DNA of 64,000 nt from an uncultured Methanoregulaceae archaeon (GTDB taxonomy: Archaea > Halobacteriota > Methanomicrobia > Methanomicrobiales > Methanospirillaceae). Below are positions 61,507 through 64,000 of this stretch, one piece after another. The DNA is taken from NCBI GenBank assembly GCA_963701095.1, contig OY969564.1, positions 1,888,001-1,952,000 on the forward strand. Reading direction: 5' to 3'. A program made the position numbers and the translations under genes. How positions within the stretch are numbered: position 1 is the first letter of the stretch; the number at the start of each line of letters is the position of its first letter. The notes beneath the pieces were generated by a model, which did not search any database, had not been told where the DNA came from, and was given only the letters and a program-made list of their open reading frames with translations.

Positions 61507-62389
61507 CCAAAATATCAATTTCCCGACAAATCCTGATCAAAGAGAAAATAAATCTAAAGATCTGGGGCCAGGGTGCAATCCGGAAATTAAACTGCATGAA
61601 CATGGCGTAAAAAGTTCTTTTGAGATTCCGGCTGCATCAGATTTTTCACATATATTCGATGGATCGGTTGCTGCTGAGGCATGTAATGTCGAAGATCCGG
61701 TGGAGATCCTTGTCGGTCTTGCGGAGCGGGGCGAGATCGACCCTTGGAATATAAACATCATCGAGGTGACTGACCGGTTCCTATCAGAACTGGAACGGTG
61801 CCGTCAACTTAACCTCCAGATATCCGGGCGAACCCTTTTTTATGCGGCTACACTTCTTCGCATGAAATCTGAACAGCTGGAGATCGTCTCTGAGTCCGAC
61901 GATGACAGCGAGGGAGATATTGAGGAATTTGATCTTACGGGGGATTCCGATTTCGACGACGAAGGCCGTTTTGGCCCCATTGAACAGCTGGAGCGGGAGA
62001 TCCAACGGAGGCTCGATCGCAAGAGCCTGCGAAGAAGCCCGATAACACTATTTGAACTGATCATCGAACTCAAAAATCTGGAAAAAGAGGAACGGAGACG
62101 CCGCCGACTTCCTCCTCAAGAAGATTTTCTGGTTGAAGCAGACGATGTTGTTGGTATCGCTCACGAAGAAGGTTACCAGGATTCGTCACGGCTGGTGATT
62201 GAGGAGTGCCTGGCAAATGCGGACCCTGATGAAGAGATCACGCTTGCTGAGCTCTGTAGGGATCTTGGCTGGTGCCTTTCCGATGTATATATCCCGCTTC
62301 TGTTTCTGGCGCTGGATGGGCGGTGCACGATCCGGCAGGAAGAGTTTTTTGGTGACCTTTACGTGCATGTCGTGAAGGCGGATGAATAG
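61499..62389 (+). CDS. scpA: Kleisin ScpA
   Basis: EDPVEILV.LA..GEIDPWNINI..VTD.FL; directly follows smc. Confidence 0.9.
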   Translation: MADQNINFPTNPDQRENKSKDLGPGCNPEIKLHEHGVKSSFEIPAASDFSHIFDGSVAAEACNVEDPVEILVGLAERGEIDPWNINIIEVTDRFLSELERCRQLNLQISGRTLFYAATLLRMKSEQLEIVSESDDDSEGDIEEFDLTGDSDFDDEGRFGPIEQLEREIQRRLDRKSLRRSPITLFELIIELKNLEKEERRRRRLPPQEDFLVEADDVVGIAHEEGYQDSSRLVIEECLANADPDEEITLAELCRDLGWCLSDVYIPLLFLALDGRCTIRQEEFFGDLYVHVVKADE

Positions 62390-62530
62390 TTCGGCGGTGA
62401 ATGCAAATTTGGGGATGAATCCTTAAAAATCAAAGAGCATGTGTACCTCGAATCCATAGCAATTGGGGTGGTTGGGATTCGCGGGCATTTTTTTAAAGAA
62501 AAAGGTCCATTTTTACTTTTTAACCGTGCA

Positions 62531-63565
62531 TTATTGTGTTAGACAATCGTTCATCCACTCTGTTACCTGATATGTTGGCGGACCATTATCTGGCCTCATA
62601 TCGTTGTCGATTCGCCATTCGAAAAGACCCGCAAGGTTATGCTCTTTTACATATGCACATTTGGCCATGATGGTGGTTTGTGTGTCAGGACCAACATTAT
62701 CTGTGTATCCCGCTTCGCTCTCAATTCCGCCAATAATTTTATCATAAGGAAAACCAGCAGCTGCATAAGCATCAGCATACGAAACGAGATCATACTTATC
62801 CCCACTTCCATAGGTCATCAGATTGAGTTGGTCAACGCTGCCAACTAAACTGGCGACAGTCTGCGCAGATTCCACTCCGGGCCAAACCGTATGAGTCAGC
62901 AGGTAAGGCTTCCCGTGCGGATTGGGACCGGCTGTGGCAAATGTTTCGTGGCATGTAGAAAGAAGCAAAGTCAGCTGCGGAGCGTAATCGTTTATTTGCG
63001 AGCTTTCCCAGTCCATATCGTAGCCATCCAGATCGTACTCTTTCACATAGGAAAGAACGCTATCAGCAAACTTTTGTGGATTTTGCGAGGCATAGAGGTA
63101 TTCTGTATCAAGATCGCCACCGAAATTTGAGGTAATAAAAATCTCTGCCTCTGGATTATTTTCATGACATAGTGAAACAAGTTCATGGATCCTGCTCTGC
63201 ATTTCTTGTCTTTGTGCGTCATTCTCTTCTGAGTTTCCGACCGGGAGATCAGTAAGGAGTCCGTCATTTATTGTCGCAAATCCGATGTAAAGCCTGTTTA
63301 TCTTTTTCCAGGGGATCTGGTCTTTTTCAGACATTACCCCGCTATATGTGTCATCATTTGGATCAGGAAAAAGATACCAATACGCTGCGATTATCTTGCT
63401 TCCGGATTCAGACGCCGGGACCTGAGAATTCATTGTTGTCGATGAATTCTGTGGTTGAACAGATCCAGGTTCTTGCGAAGGAAAGGCGTTTTGGGAGCAA
63501 CCTGATGTTGCGATGACCATCATCAATATTATCAAAACAAAGATTAGGACTTTCATTTGGATCAT
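62531..63565 (-). CDS. Glycoside hydrolase family 18 (chitinase-like) lipoprotein
   Basis: Signal peptide with TSG-C lipobox; LDGYDMDWE (DxxDxDxE); LNLMTY; LAGLFEW. Confidence 0.88.
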   Translation of the reverse strand: MIQMKVLIFVLIILMMVIATSGCSQNAFPSQEPGSVQPQNSSTTMNSQVPASESGSKIIAAYWYLFPDPNDDTYSGVMSEKDQIPWKKINRLYIGFATINDGLLTDLPVGNSEENDAQRQEMQSRIHELVSLCHENNPEAEIFITSNFGGDLDTEYLYASQNPQKFADSVLSYVKEYDLDGYDMDWESSQINDYAPQLTLLLSTCHETFATAGPNPHGKPYLLTHTVWPGVESAQTVASLVGSVDQLNLMTYGSGDKYDLVSYADAYAAAGFPYDKIIGGIESEAGYTDNVGPDTQTTIMAKCAYVKEHNLAGLFEWRIDNDMRPDNGPPTYQVTEWMNDCLTQ

Positions 63566-64000
63566 GCACTTTATAATATCCCATTAGATCACTCAACCCA
63601 ATATATTATCACCGCAATCTGAGGTTTTAAGGTTCAAAACGCACCGAAATCTCACATACCTATGAAGCATCCAGGTTTGGTCAAAAGATGCAAGATTGGA
63701 AGATCCACTTTGAGATTATTTTCAGCGCGATTAGACCGGATCTTCATTTATTGAATATAGTGCAGCGTTAGAATTTGGCTGATTATAGGATTTTTGTCGA
63801 TATATCATGAATCAGACGTCAAATTCGAAACTTTCGGCGAATAGTATTTAATATATCTCAAAATATTTAATTTAAAAAGGAGACAATGAGGTTTGGAGAA
63901 GATTTAAGCGCGTGTCGGATTTTATTTCAAATATCTATAAATATTTAAAGCATAATAATTATGGCTCTTTTTTGTGCACTGAAAGGGTAATCTTTAAATT

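Noticed and set aside
1..64000. CRISPR array, IS element, integrase or provirus
   Set aside because: No regularly spaced repeats and no transposase, recombinase or capsid-like ORFs were seen; neither tRNA shows a duplicated 3' end that I could find.

Overview
Archaeal chromosomal DNA, most likely from a hydrogenotrophic methanogen of the Methanomicrobiales (Methanoregula-like). This is inferred from gene content and order (cofC/cofG/cofE, hypF, archaeal r-protein and RNAP operons), not from a database search. The window is mostly core genome: the 3' end of spt5, rpl11-rpl1-rpl10-rpl12, hypF, a regulator-regulator-helicase operon, rps15-DHH-pcc1-rps3ae, apgM, arvA/oapA-arvC/oapC, five tandem CBS-domain genes, the tRNA-Ser-rps13-rps4-rps11-rpoD-rpl18e-rpl13-rps9-rpoN-tRNA-Pro-rpoK-eno-rps2-MEMO-mvk-ipk-fni-rnj-idsA-gltX superoperon, purC, F420 genes, glyA-folD-folP-cofE and smc-scpA. 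Accessory patches include a ~5.9 kb six-gene insert between spt5 and rpl11, a stand-alone HEPN-like gene, an orphan DNA methyltransferase, a UbiB/ABC1 kinase, a pseudo-receiver histidine kinase and a GH18 lipoprotein. Notable non-coding signals are a shared TGTAA-N8-TTACA operator at two promoters of the insert, an L1-binding-site mimic covering the rpl1 RBS, a three-way-junction leader before rps15, and a 13-bp direct repeat between the divergent arvA and CBS promoters. About a dozen single-base indels, many in homopolymers, break ten genes including essential ones; these are most likely long-read consensus errors, not pseudogenes. No CRISPR array, rRNA, integrase or transposase was seen.
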